64,000 nt of DNA from Christensenellales bacterium (GCA_051883495.1 JBJETV010000023.1:30285-94284); one strand, 5' to 3'. Shown: positions 28,712 through 38,289, counted from the stretch's first letter. Notes: generated from the sequence alone by a model not told the origin. Program-made: numbers and translations.

Positions 28712-29376
28712 TTATTTTTTGGATTTGTTTTGTAATAGCATGGCTTCCATTAAGAATTTTTGCACCTTTTCGGGTGCGAAAGGCCTGCAAATTGGACAAA
28801 AAAAATAACTATATAGTAATTTGCAATCATCAAAGCAATTTTGATGCAATTTTACTGGACTATTCGTTATGTTCACGCATAAGATTTTTGGCAAAAAAAG
28901 AACTATTTCAGTCTGTTTGGAGCAAGTTTTTTTTGAAGTCAATTTGCGGTGGAGTTGAGATTGATAGAGCTCGTGGACTTAATATGTCCCAGACCAAAGA
29001 AGTCTTTTCGTTGTTAAAAAAAGGACAAAATGTGGGAATATTCCCTGAAGGGACAAGGGAAGATAGTTTTGAAGAAAGAAACGAGATAAAGGGTGGCGCT
29101 TGTCTGTTTGCTCTGAAATCTAACAAGCCAATTTTACCTTGCTATATAGTCAAAAAACATAGATTTTTTAGAAGAAACACTGTTCTTATAGGCAAACCTT
29201 TTGAACTAAAAGTGGAAGAAGGGCAATCTCTCAAAGAGGCAATTTCTGCAGGAGAAATCCGATTGAGAGAGGAAATCTTGGCACTGAAAAATACTTATGA
29301 AAACTTTGTTATGCAAAAGAAATTGGTAAAAAAACTAAAAAAAGAAAAGAATAATGATAAAATTGTACAAAATTAA
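28708..29376 (+). CDS. plsC: 1-acyl-sn-glycerol-3-phosphate acyltransferase
   Basis: Acyltransferase motifs NHQSNFD and FPEGTR. ATGA overlap with the upstream gene. Confidence 0.85.
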   Translation: MIIFWICFVIAWLPLRIFAPFRVRKACKLDKKNNYIVICNHQSNFDAILLDYSLCSRIRFLAKKELFQSVWSKFFLKSICGGVEIDRARGLNMSQTKEVFSLLKKGQNVGIFPEGTREDSFEERNEIKGGACLFALKSNKPILPCYIVKKHRFFRRNTVLIGKPFELKVEEGQSLKEAISAGEIRLREEILALKNTYENFVMQKKLVKKLKKEKNNDKIVQN

Positions 29377-29430
29377 GATATATTTGGGCTGAAAATTGGC
29401 AATAATTTTGTGAAAATAAAAAATAAAAGG

Positions 29431-29460
29431 CAAACTACAAAAAAGTAGTTTGTTTTTTTT
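29431..29460 (+). terminator. intrinsic terminator after plsC
   Basis: Stem CAAACTAC / GTAGTTTG followed by T8. Confidence 0.8.
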
Positions 29461-29507
29461 GAAATATTTGATACAATTTGTGTATAAAGGAGTTTAATGG
29501 ACAAACA

Positions 29508-30635
29508 ATGGATGAGAAATTTAATTTGAACAACATAGACAGAACTTTTGTTAGGTTTAGAGTTGGCGCAAAGGTAGAAGCAGTGGCCGTTGCGGAGATG
29601 AAGAGTGGACTGCTAGTTAATATTGGGGGCAAAAAAGATGGGCTTATCCCATATCTTCCAGAGGAACTAGAAGCATTGAAAGATGTTGAAGTGGGGGATA
29701 AATTTGAAGCGATTATCACCAATACAAAAGATGAGAGTGGGGCTGTGCTACTGTCAAAGGCAAAAGCAGATGAGATAAGACGTGGAGAGCAAATGATAAA
29801 CAATTTGCAAGTAGGGGATGAGGTTGAAATAATAATCACTCATGCCGTTCATGGCGGGCTTCAAAGCAAATTGGGTAATTTTGAAGTGTTTGTGCCTTAT
29901 AGTCAAATTTCTATTAGACGAGTGGACAACAACCTTGAAAATTATGTCAATAAGCAACTTAAGGCTATTATTATAGAGATTGACCTTTTGAATAAAAAGA
30001 TTATTGTCTCAATAAAGGCTGTGGAAGAGAATGAAAAACACACCAAGGAAACTGCCTTTTGGGAAGCAATGTATTTGGACAAGGTAGTAAAGGGCAAGGT
30101 GGTTAGATTTACCGATTTTGGAGCATTTGTAGATGTTGACGGAGTAGATTGTTTGGTGCACAACAGCGAGTCAAGTTATGACAAAAACAAAACCGCCAAC
30201 GATGTGTTTGAAATTGGCAAAGAATATAATTTTAAGGTTATCAAATGCGACAAGGAGCAAGGTAAGGTGTCTTTGAGTTACAAAGCATTGCAACCAAATC
30301 CTACTATAGAAAAACTTAAGCAATATCATGTTGGAGATATCGTTCATTGCACAGTAAAAAAGATATTATCCTTTGGTGCACTTGTAGGCTTTGGCGATGG
30401 CTTAGAGGGCTTGTTGCATGTAAAGGAAGCATCTCATTACTACGTTAGGAATATTTACGAAGTCGCAAAGGTCGGAGAAGAATTAGACCTAAAAATCATT
30501 GCCCTTGACCCAGAAAATTGTAAGGTGTCACTAAGCCTCAAAGCCACTCAAGAAGAACCAGAGATAGTTAAACTTGCTCGCAATAGAGATGGCTCGATGA
30601 CGTTTAATTTTGACAGAGAAAATGAAAATAAATAA
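29508..30635 (+). CDS. rpsA: 30S ribosomal protein S1 homolog (four S1 domains)
   Basis: Repeated S1-domain signatures (G..V.G.V....FGAFVD, ...HVSE-like). Start is ambiguous, TTG 29478 or ATG 29508. Confidence 0.8.
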   Translation: MDEKFNLNNIDRTFVRFRVGAKVEAVAVAEMKSGLLVNIGGKKDGLIPYLPEELEALKDVEVGDKFEAIITNTKDESGAVLLSKAKADEIRRGEQMINNLQVGDEVEIIITHAVHGGLQSKLGNFEVFVPYSQISIRRVDNNLENYVNKQLKAIIIEIDLLNKKIIVSIKAVEENEKHTKETAFWEAMYLDKVVKGKVVRFTDFGAFVDVDGVDCLVHNSESSYDKNKTANDVFEIGKEYNFKVIKCDKEQGKVSLSYKALQPNPTIEKLKQYHVGDIVHCTVKKILSFGALVGFGDGLEGLLHVKEASHYYVRNIYEVAKVGEELDLKIIALDPENCKVSLSLKATQEEPEIVKLARNRDGSMTFNFDRENENK

Positions 30636-30640
30636 TTATA

Positions 30641-30670
30641 AAAACCTCAGCCACAAGACTGAGGTTTTTT
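30641..30670. terminator. bidirectional terminator shared by rpsA (+) and tRNA-Thr (-)
   Basis: Stem AAAACCTCAG / CTGAGGTTTT flanked by A-runs and T-runs on both strands. Confidence 0.75.
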
Positions 30671-30745
30671 GGAGCTCGTGAGCGGACTCGAACCGCTGAC
30701 CTATTGATTACGAATCAATTGCTCTACCAACTGAGCCACACGAGC
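30670..30745 (-). tRNA. tRNA-Thr (anticodon CGT), CCA encoded
   Basis: Reverse complement folds as GCTCGTG-T-GGCTCAGTTGGTAGAGC-A-ATTGA-TTCGTAA-TCAAT-AGGTC-AGCGG-TTCGAGT-CCGCT-CACGAGC-T-CCA. Confidence 0.93.
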
Positions 30746-31017
30746 ATAACGATATATGGAGTAATAATACTGATTTTTCTGCAAAACGTTGATTGAATTA
30801 CATATCATTTCTTAGATACCATCTCAGTATGTCGCACAAAACAAAGGGGGAAATCAATGTTCTTAATTATCTTAGAATAGATGTCTTGATATATCATTAA
30901 ATCTTATTCTTTGCTACAAATAAAAACAACAACATAAGTATTATATCAATCTATTTGCTAAAAGTCCATAGTTTTTGGGGGATAAGTTTTTATTTTCAAA
31001 AAATTTCATTTCTTTTG

Positions 31018-31045
31018 TTGACAATTTTAATTAAATATGTATAAT
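31018..31045 (+). promoter_or_regulatory. sigma-A type promoter of rpmB
   Basis: TTGACA 31018-31023, 16-nt spacer, TATAAT 31040-31045. Confidence 0.65.
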
Positions 31046-31078
31046 ATTCAAGTAGTTACTTTAAGGAGAGTTAGAAAA

Positions 31079-31276
31079 ATGGCAAAATGTGAAGTATGTG
31101 GAAAAGACCAGATGAGAGCCAGCAATTTGAGTTATAGAAGTTCTCAACTAACAAGAAGAACACTTACACATAAAAAGGCAAATGTCCAAAAAATTACTGT
31201 GATGGAAAATGGATCACCAGTAAAGAAGAATGTTTGCACAAAGTGTATGAAGAGCAAAGATATTGTTAGGGCTTAA
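31079..31276 (+). CDS. rpmB: 50S ribosomal protein L28
   Basis: Tracked ORF trimmed to ATG 31079 after AAGGAGAG. MAKCEVCGKD...NVCTKCMKS is the L28 CxxC...CxxC pattern. Confidence 0.85.
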   Translation: MAKCEVCGKDQMRASNLSYRSSQLTRRTLTHKKANVQKITVMENGSPVKKNVCTKCMKSKDIVRA

Positions 31277-31292
31277 TTGGGTTATTTTAATA

Positions 31293-31325
31293 GGGGACTT
31301 CTAAATGGAAGTCTCTTTTTTTTTG
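31293..31325 (+). terminator. intrinsic terminator after rpmB
   Basis: Stem GGGACTTC / GAAGTCTC followed by T9. Confidence 0.8.
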
Positions 31326-31398
31326 AAAGTCGCTTGTCTGATTGACTATCAAATTGATTTTTTGTATAATGACACTAGTATAAAAATTGGAGAAAGTT

Positions 31399-33075
31399 AT
31401 GATTGATTTAGATAATATCAAACCAGAAAATTTTATTGAAGAAGAAATATTAGAGGACCTTAAGACAGGGCGAAGCAAAGAGGTTATTACTCGTTGCCCA
31501 CCAGAACCAAGTGGCTATTGGCATATTGGGCATTGCAAAGCGTGGATGATAGATTTTGAAACAGCCAAAAAATTTGGCGGTTACACCTATCTTCGTATGG
31601 ACGACACAAACCCATCAAGAGAGCAAGGTGAATTTGCCGAAAGTTATCTTGACGACCTGCATTGGTTGGGTTATGAGCCAAAAGATGTTATATATGCCAG
31701 CGAGGCCTATTTTGACAAAATTTATCTTATAGCAGAAGAAATGATTAAAAATGGTGATGCTTATGTTGACGAATTGAGCCAAGAGGAACAACAAAAACTT
31801 AAGGGAACCCTTACAGAACCTGGTAAAAATAGTCCATTTAGGGATAGACCTGCCGAGGAGAGTTTAAGACTGTTTAGAGAAATGAGAGATGGCAAACATC
31901 CTGATGGTTCGCTGACATTAAGGGCAAAAATAGATATGTCGCATCCAAATATTCTTATGCGTGACCCAATTATGTATAAGATTTCACACGAACACCATTA
32001 CAAAACAGGCAACAAATGGTGCATTTATCCAATATATGATTTTGCACACCCAATGGAAGATGCTTTGGAAGGGGTAACATATAGCCTTTGTGATATAACT
32101 TTCCGTGTGCATAGGGAAGTGTATGAATGGTTTATCAATCATGGCTGGAAAAAGCCTTTTGCCCCAAAACAAAGGGAATTTTCCACACTAAATCTCGAAA
32201 ATGTTTTACTTGGCAAGCGCTATCTAAAGGCACTGGTGAATGAAGGCAAAGTTTTGGGCTGGGACGACCCAAGATTTATGACAATAGTTGGGATGAAAAG
32301 GCGTGGCTACACAGCAGAAGGGGTAAAGAACTTTATCCGCAGTTGCGGAGTGGTCGCAAGCGAAAGCACTATTCCTTTTAGTGCATTGGAATATCATGTT
32401 AGAGAAGACCTAAATAAGATTGCTACACGTGCAATGGTTGTTATGTCTCCACTAAAAGTAATAATAACCAACTATCCAGAAGAGCAAACCGAAGAAATTT
32501 CTATCCCAAACAATCCAAATGACGAAAACGCAGGCAGTCATAAGGCTCTATTTAGCAGAGAAATTTACATTGAGGAAGAAGATTTTTCACTTAATCCACC
32601 TCCAAAATATAATAGGCTTATTGAGGGCGGACTGGTAAGACTTAAGGGGGCATATGTTATTCGTTGCAACAAGGTTGTTATGAATGGGGATAAAATTGAC
32701 CATTTGGAATGTGAATATTTGCCAAATACAAAAAGTGGGCAAGACAACAGCGGTATTAAGGTAAAGGGAACTATCCACTTTGTTTCCAGCCAAAATTGTT
32801 TTGAATGCACAATAAGAAACTTCAAAAACCTTGTAAAAGCGGAATATTTGTGGCCATCAAAAGCATTGGCAGATGGAGTTTCTATTGATGAAATACTAGA
32901 AAAGGACTCGCTGGTGGAGACAACTGCATTGGCAGAAAACTTCTTGAAAAATACAAAGCCATATGACAAATTTCAATTTATGCGTAAGGGATATTATTGC
33001 ACAGATAAGGACTCTACTGACAGTAGAGTGATATTTAACAGCACAATTTCTCTTAAAGACGGGTTCAAAAAATAG
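31399..33075 (+). CDS. glnS: glutaminyl-tRNA synthetase
   Basis: Start ATG 31399 after GGAGA. PPEPSGYWHIGH (HIGH motif), LRMDDTNP, GWDDPRFMTIVGMKRRGYT and a C-terminal beta-barrel anticodon-binding region align with E. coli GlnRS as remembered. Confidence 0.9.
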   Translation: MIDLDNIKPENFIEEEILEDLKTGRSKEVITRCPPEPSGYWHIGHCKAWMIDFETAKKFGGYTYLRMDDTNPSREQGEFAESYLDDLHWLGYEPKDVIYASEAYFDKIYLIAEEMIKNGDAYVDELSQEEQQKLKGTLTEPGKNSPFRDRPAEESLRLFREMRDGKHPDGSLTLRAKIDMSHPNILMRDPIMYKISHEHHYKTGNKWCIYPIYDFAHPMEDALEGVTYSLCDITFRVHREVYEWFINHGWKKPFAPKQREFSTLNLENVLLGKRYLKALVNEGKVLGWDDPRFMTIVGMKRRGYTAEGVKNFIRSCGVVASESTIPFSALEYHVREDLNKIATRAMVVMSPLKVIITNYPEEQTEEISIPNNPNDENAGSHKALFSREIYIEEEDFSLNPPPKYNRLIEGGLVRLKGAYVIRCNKVVMNGDKIDHLECEYLPNTKSGQDNSGIKVKGTIHFVSSQNCFECTIRNFKNLVKAEYLWPSKALADGVSIDEILEKDSLVETTALAENFLKNTKPYDKFQFMRKGYYCTDKDSTDSRVIFNSTISLKDGFKK

Positions 33076-33130
33076 TTTATTACCAGTCTTTTGTATCTAG
33101 CAAATTAAGTGTATAAGAATGTAAACAAAA

Positions 33131-33934
33131 ATGGAGTTCGGTATGGGATTTTTCGAAAGAATTGGACTTGTAAAGAGCAAAAAATTGGAGAAAAAACAAA
33201 ATTTGTGTGCTTTGATTACAGGTGCTAGTAGAGGAATTGGCAAGCAAATTGCAGTTCAACTGGCAAGTGAAGGGATAAATGTCGTTATCAATTACAATTC
33301 CTCTCAACAAAAAGCAGAAGATTTGGCAAGGCAACTTGAAAAGAAGTATGATGTAAAATGTTTGCCGATTAAGGCTGATGTGTCCAAAACTGAAGAAGTT
33401 GATAGAATGTTAGAGCAGGTAACTGCAACATTTGGCAAGATTGATTATCTTATAAATAATGCGGGAATTTGTGTTGATATGGACGTAAAAGACCGAACGG
33501 TCGGTCAATTTGTAAAAACCTTTGAAATAAACGCATTTAGCACTTTTTACTTGTGTAAAACTGTTGGTTCGGCTATGAAACTGAATGGTTTTGGAAAGAT
33601 AGTGAACATATCGTCGAACAATTCTATTAACTGTTTTTATCCAACAACTATTGATTATGATGCGTCAAAGTGTGCAGTAAACTCACTTACAAGGAATTTT
33701 GCTATCGAACTTGCTCCAGAAGTTAATGTAAATGCCGTTGCTCCAGGCTGGATTGATACGGATATGAACAAGGAAATCTTAACTGAAGATATAAAACCGC
33801 TTGAGGCAGGACGGATTCTTAAGAAACGAATCGGCACACCGCAAGACGTGGCAAATGTAGTTTCATTTTTGCTTTCTGACAAGGCAGATTATATCACCGG
33901 TCAAGTTGTTGTGGTTGATGGAGGGATGTTTTAA
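33131..33934 (+). CDS. SDR-family oxidoreductase (FabG-like)
   Basis: TGASRGIG cofactor motif, NNAG, catalytic Y..ASK (YDASKCAV), and a C-terminal ITGQVVVVDGG. Confidence 0.85.
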   Translation: MEFGMGFFERIGLVKSKKLEKKQNLCALITGASRGIGKQIAVQLASEGINVVINYNSSQQKAEDLARQLEKKYDVKCLPIKADVSKTEEVDRMLEQVTATFGKIDYLINNAGICVDMDVKDRTVGQFVKTFEINAFSTFYLCKTVGSAMKLNGFGKIVNISSNNSINCFYPTTIDYDASKCAVNSLTRNFAIELAPEVNVNAVAPGWIDTDMNKEILTEDIKPLEAGRILKKRIGTPQDVANVVSFLLSDKADYITGQVVVVDGGMF

Positions 33935-34112
33935 TTGCAATTCGCAATATGCTAAAGTTCACTACATTATTTTTATAACCAATTTTAGTAAAAAAAAATA
34001 TATAAGCACAGAGAAAGGGTCACGACATAGAAAAGACTTGTTATTGTTTTTATCATTAATAGTATGCTGTAGTATTTTTTTAAAAGTTAAAGGTATAAAA
34101 GAGGAATAATTG

Positions 34113-35996
34113 ATGACAAGAAAATCGTGGAAAAATAGTAATAGCCCAAAAGAAATTATGGAATTAATAAAAAAAACAAAGACTATTGATAAGTTCAAGG
34201 TTCTAACTTATTTTGGTATATATCAAAAAGATTTGGGAATGTTGGAAAAACTATTAAAATCTGGATACTATACTCCAGAAGAAATTGCTGAAAAATATAG
34301 TAGAAGTTATTTGCCATGGAGTTATGCTCCAGCTCGTAAATTGGTTTTAGCTTTTTCTGATTTGGCTTGGCAAAAATCAGATAACTTGTTAAAGGTGTTA
34401 AGTATAAATGCTGGAGGTGCTTCAGACGATTATGAATCTTTTTTGATAAAATTAAAATATTTTGAGCAGTATAACCATGAAATTTACGAGCAACTATTAC
34501 AAACTAGTAAGGGGCAAGTTTATATTCTTAATACATTAGCTCGGGATGTTGAGAAAAATAAAAATCAAATTTTTAACATGTTGATAAAACATTCAAATTT
34601 GCTTGATGGTTTTGATTTAATGGAATATAGAGAGTTGTTTACAGATGAGGAATTTGAGATAATACAACAAGAACGAAAAAAAAATTGGAAACATGATACT
34701 GAGCCTCAACTAATTATGTATAAGGCAACACCAGAAAATAAATGGGAAATACTTGAGTATTTTGCAAATAAAAATGAAGTAATTTTTAATAGAATAGTCA
34801 GTGAATATGTAACAAGAACAAAGAAAACTATTAAAAAAATTTATTCTAGAAACGAAATTCTTGAACATTATAGTTCCATTGATTTAGATATATTGCCTGT
34901 GTGTTTAAAAAATTATGTCCTGACCTTAGAGAAAGATATTGTAAATGAGAAGGAATTAAAAAGGCAAAAGCAGGAAGAAAGAATAGAAGTAAGAGAAAAA
35001 AAGTTGTTGTCTTGGAGTGATGAGTATTCTTTAACAGTATTTTTATTTAAGCTTGGTTCAATTACACCAAAGTCAAAAAAAGAATATGAGAAAGTTATGA
35101 AAAAATATTTAGTAGAAAATTTAAGTATCACTTCATTCTGTATAAAGTATAAAATAAGCGATGTTAAAGGTTTTAAGAAAATGCTTGAGAAGTTCTCTGC
35201 GGAAAACCCTCAATATGCGGAGCAAATTAAATCAAAATCAAATATACAGCGAGCTCAATATGTAGATAAAGTAAAAGAAATTATCAAGAGTATTTGTGTT
35301 AGAGACGAATCTGTTGGATCAATTATGAAGCATTCAAAAATATTTCCACTTAAGGAATTGCAGATGGCAGCAAGTAGTTTATTTCCAGATAAAGATTATT
35401 GTGAATCTTTGACTATTAAAGTTGTTGAATATTATTATAGTAGATTAGTTTCACATGCATATAGCATTGAGCCTAAAAACTTAGAAAATATGCTAACAAA
35501 TGATGAAATAAGATTTATCATAGGAAATGAAGAATACAATGCAATAATATCTGGCAAAAAAAGTGAGATAAAAAAAATATTTCTAAAAAGAATCTCTTTC
35601 TTAAACTCAACACAATATGCATTTATTAGAAAAAAAGTAAATAGTCAGATACCAAACTTAATAAAAGCGATTGCTAAATATGACAGCAAGTTTAATAAAA
35701 AAGAATATTTAAAAATGACAACATTTATGTTTGCAGAAGGTGGGAAGCAAGTGGAAGTAACTAAGGAAATGGTAGATATAGCATATCAATATGCATACTC
35801 TAAAAATATATATCCTAGCGATGCTGTTATGAGGAGTTTAATTAAAGACGTTCTGAATGGTAAAATTAAAAATATATGGGAGGCTGAACAAGACAAAAAA
35901 AATAGGAACAACGAATTGGAATTTGTTAACAAAATAGCTAATATTGATGAATATTTTGAAGTAATGGATAATTATTATAATAAAAACAAGCAATAA
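34113..35996 (+). CDS. hypothetical protein, 627 aa, Lys/Glu/Asn-rich, apparently all-helical, no recognisable motif
   Basis: Long uninterrupted ORF with RBS AGAGGAA 6 nt before ATG 34113. No signal peptide, TM segment, P-loop or other motif recognised. Visibly more AT-rich than the flanking genes. Confidence 0.7.
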   Translation: MTRKSWKNSNSPKEIMELIKKTKTIDKFKVLTYFGIYQKDLGMLEKLLKSGYYTPEEIAEKYSRSYLPWSYAPARKLVLAFSDLAWQKSDNLLKVLSINAGGASDDYESFLIKLKYFEQYNHEIYEQLLQTSKGQVYILNTLARDVEKNKNQIFNMLIKHSNLLDGFDLMEYRELFTDEEFEIIQQERKKNWKHDTEPQLIMYKATPENKWEILEYFANKNEVIFNRIVSEYVTRTKKTIKKIYSRNEILEHYSSIDLDILPVCLKNYVLTLEKDIVNEKELKRQKQEERIEVREKKLLSWSDEYSLTVFLFKLGSITPKSKKEYEKVMKKYLVENLSITSFCIKYKISDVKGFKKMLEKFSAENPQYAEQIKSKSNIQRAQYVDKVKEIIKSICVRDESVGSIMKHSKIFPLKELQMAASSLFPDKDYCESLTIKVVEYYYSRLVSHAYSIEPKNLENMLTNDEIRFIIGNEEYNAIISGKKSEIKKIFLKRISFLNSTQYAFIRKKVNSQIPNLIKAIAKYDSKFNKKEYLKMTTFMFAEGGKQVEVTKEMVDIAYQYAYSKNIYPSDAVMRSLIKDVLNGKIKNIWEAEQDKKNRNNELEFVNKIANIDEYFEVMDNYYNKNKQ

Positions 35997-36089
35997 AAAA
36001 GACTTTATAGGTGTCATAAGAAATGATAGTAGGCAATGTCACTCATATTGTAAAATAACAATAAATTTATTTTGTTTGTAAGCCCGCTA

Positions 36090-36117
36090 TTGACAAGTCG
36101 CAATTTTATGATATACT
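36090..36117 (+). promoter_or_regulatory. near-consensus sigma-A promoter of the HExxH ORFan
   Basis: TTGACA 36090-36095, 16-nt spacer ending TGa, TATACT 36112-36117. Confidence 0.65.
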
Positions 36118-36173
36118 CACTACAATAAGTAATTAAATTCATTTTGGCTTTACAAAATGTATTGGAGGGTAAA

Positions 36174-37655
36174 GTGGGTAAGGATAAAATTGAGGCTTTG
36201 AAAAATTATTTTTTGAAAAAAGCTTACAAAAAAAAGGATAATAATGATGATTTTTATCTCGCTAGTTATATAGATATGGCGACAGGAAAAGTAGTTTACA
36301 ATGATTATGAACTTGGCATCGACGACTTTAACTTTGAAGATGTGTCGGAGCTTCCTAGGGATAAAGCAATAGAAGTTACTGGGGTGGAATTAAAATCCAT
36401 TTTTGAGATGGGATTAAATGAATCTGGTAATTTTTCGAGGAGAGATTGGTTTTTTTATATTATTAAATCTGCTAGGGCAGTATCCAATTTCTGTTGTGCC
36501 GTAATGGGCGTAGACTCAAACAGTGTAAATATTCAATATTATGGAAGTGATAAGGGATATAAAGTTATAGATTTAGATGAAAAAAATAATATAAAAGACC
36601 TTGAAGTAGCAAACAAGCAAAATAATAGTGAAGTGAATGGAGAAAGTGTCTCTCAAGAAAGTGTTGCAAATCAAACGGAAAAACTAATTGCTAATAACCA
36701 AGAGCTAGAAGAAGGAGAAATTCAGATTCAAGATTTTAGTGATGCGGCATATACAACAGGGTTTTTGGAAGATGGGAAGCCAAAGTTTTATATAGGGATA
36801 AATATTGCTTATCCAATGGAAACTTCAGTAGGTCGTATCCCTGACATTTTCTGTACTTTCTTTCACGAAATGTGGCATGTTAAGGAATATAATGACGAAC
36901 TTATAAATTTAATAGCAGAGTCAGACAAAATAGCAGAGTCAGACAAAATAGATGGGGCGGACAAAATAATTGTAAAAGAATATGACGATTATGAGCTTGA
37001 AGATGAAATCCTTGAAGATGAAATCCTTGAAGATGCTAATGATGAAACAAAAATGAACTTTATACAACAACTTATTGATAGATACAAGAGATGTTCTGCA
37101 TATTCCGTTGATTACAGAACTTGGAGCAGTAATCCTTCAGAAAGGAGGGCAGACCTTTTTGGAACTAGGATGACCAAATTATTTCTAGATGATATAGGTG
37201 CAGATAAGGATATTAGAAAAGAGTTTTTGCACGATAGAAAGCAAGTTATGAATGAGCATGATATTAACAGTGTATACGTTCCTATAAGAGCGGCGATAAA
37301 GGCTTTACTCAACATTGACGTTCCAGAAGAAATGAAGGATAGTGATTATTTTGCTCAAGAAGTTTCTGAAGATGAAAGGGTATCTCTCCTCAGTATTGAA
37401 AAGGCGACAGAACTTAATCCAGACTTGATGGATCAAGAAGGTTTTGAAAATAATGATTATCATAATCCATTAGAGATGACAGAACAAACGGCTGAAAATC
37501 AAAGGGAAATTTATAAGGAATTCTTAAAAAAGAATTTTGAAGCCGTAAACAAAATTATGGAACAAAATGAAGAATGTCTAAATATAGAATATATGGAAGA
37601 AGATTACGAAAACAACAGGGAAGATATGGAAGCAGGGATGTATCTGCTAAATTAA
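36174..37655 (+). CDS. hypothetical acidic protein with HExxH motif (possible ImmA/IrrE-like M78 metalloprotease) and internal tandem repeats
   Basis: Probable GTG start at 36174 after GGAGGG (tracked TTG 36144). HEMWH encoded at 36864-36878. Downstream SNPSERRADLFG resembles the E-x-x-A-N-x-F-A helix of M78 peptidases. 18-nt repeats at 36912-36965 (IAESDK x2 plus IDGADK). 15-nt repeats at 36996-37040 (LEDEI). Confidence 0.6.
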   Translation: MGKDKIEALKNYFLKKAYKKKDNNDDFYLASYIDMATGKVVYNDYELGIDDFNFEDVSELPRDKAIEVTGVELKSIFEMGLNESGNFSRRDWFFYIIKSARAVSNFCCAVMGVDSNSVNIQYYGSDKGYKVIDLDEKNNIKDLEVANKQNNSEVNGESVSQESVANQTEKLIANNQELEEGEIQIQDFSDAAYTTGFLEDGKPKFYIGINIAYPMETSVGRIPDIFCTFFHEMWHVKEYNDELINLIAESDKIAESDKIDGADKIIVKEYDDYELEDEILEDEILEDANDETKMNFIQQLIDRYKRCSAYSVDYRTWSSNPSERRADLFGTRMTKLFLDDIGADKDIRKEFLHDRKQVMNEHDINSVYVPIRAAIKALLNIDVPEEMKDSDYFAQEVSEDERVSLLSIEKATELNPDLMDQEGFENNDYHNPLEMTEQTAENQREIYKEFLKKNFEAVNKIMEQNEECLNIEYMEEDYENNREDMEAGMYLLN

Positions 37656-37916
37656 AATAAAAGAAATCTTGTATCTACTAAAATGAAGATAAAGATAATC
37701 ATATATCTAACTAGATTATAAATATAAAAACCATTATCTATTAAGTAAATAGTATGGAGGATTACCAATTAACTCCACACGCAAATGACAAATTTGTTTT
37801 CTACATTAAAAATTAAGTATATTTTTTATAAATTGAATCAAAATTCTTATAATTTATTCAATAAAAAAACTCAGTCTTTATTCTCTGAAGTGTAATATTT
37901 ATAATTTGTTAAATAA

Positions 37917-37947
37917 AAAATCTCAGACATTTTTGCCTGAGATTTTT
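37917..37947. terminator. bidirectional terminator hairpin next to the tRNA-Leu 3' end
   Basis: Stem AATCTCAG / CTGAGATT with T-runs on both strands. Confidence 0.7.
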
Positions 37948-38033
37948 TGGTACCAAAGGAGGGACTCGAACCCTCATGAAGTTGCCCTCGTCAGATTTTG
38001 AGTCTGATGCGTCTACCATTCCGCCACTTTGGC
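37948..38033 (-). tRNA. tRNA-Leu (anticodon CAA), long variable arm, CCA encoded
   Basis: Reverse complement folds as GCCAAAG-TG-GCGGAATGGTAGACGC-A-TCAGA-CTCAAAA-TCTGA-(variable arm)-GAGGG-TTCGAGT-CCCTC-CTTTGGT-A-CCA. Confidence 0.9.
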
Positions 38034-38289
38034 ACAAAATTATATTTGTAGCAAATCTATCACTTGCAACTCTTGTATAATACCACAAAAAAATAAAACA
38101 TGCAATAATTTTTTTGGACTTTTTCTAAAAAAAATAAAAATAGTTCTGTTTTTGACGTTAGACAACGTTGAAATTGAGGATTTGAAGGTTATTGCTGAAA
38201 TAAAGAGATTATTTAATAAATATATTTTCTTAATTAAATCTTCGAGTAAAATGTTTTGCCAATTACAATTATTGTTGTATAATCATTGT

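Noticed and set aside
29478-29507. TTG 29478 as the S1 start
   Set aside because: This is not resolved rather than rejected. AAGGAG (29487-29492) lies inside that extension, 15 nt before ATG 29508, and a possible -10 (TATAAA) overlaps it. I report ATG 29508 and flag the ambiguity.
33950-37947. ORFan island considered as an intact prophage, ICE or integrative island
   Set aside because: No integrase, excisionase, or phage structural or conjugation genes are present. I could not find a convincing direct repeat of the tRNA-Leu 3' end near 33935-34110, only a weak AAAGGGTCACGAC resemblance. It is kept as an island or remnant hypothesis only.
38029-38289. 5' extension of the rnhA ORF back to 38029
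   Set aside because: The extension overlaps the tRNA-Leu gene and its promoter region. RNase HI homology begins only at the ATG at 38290.
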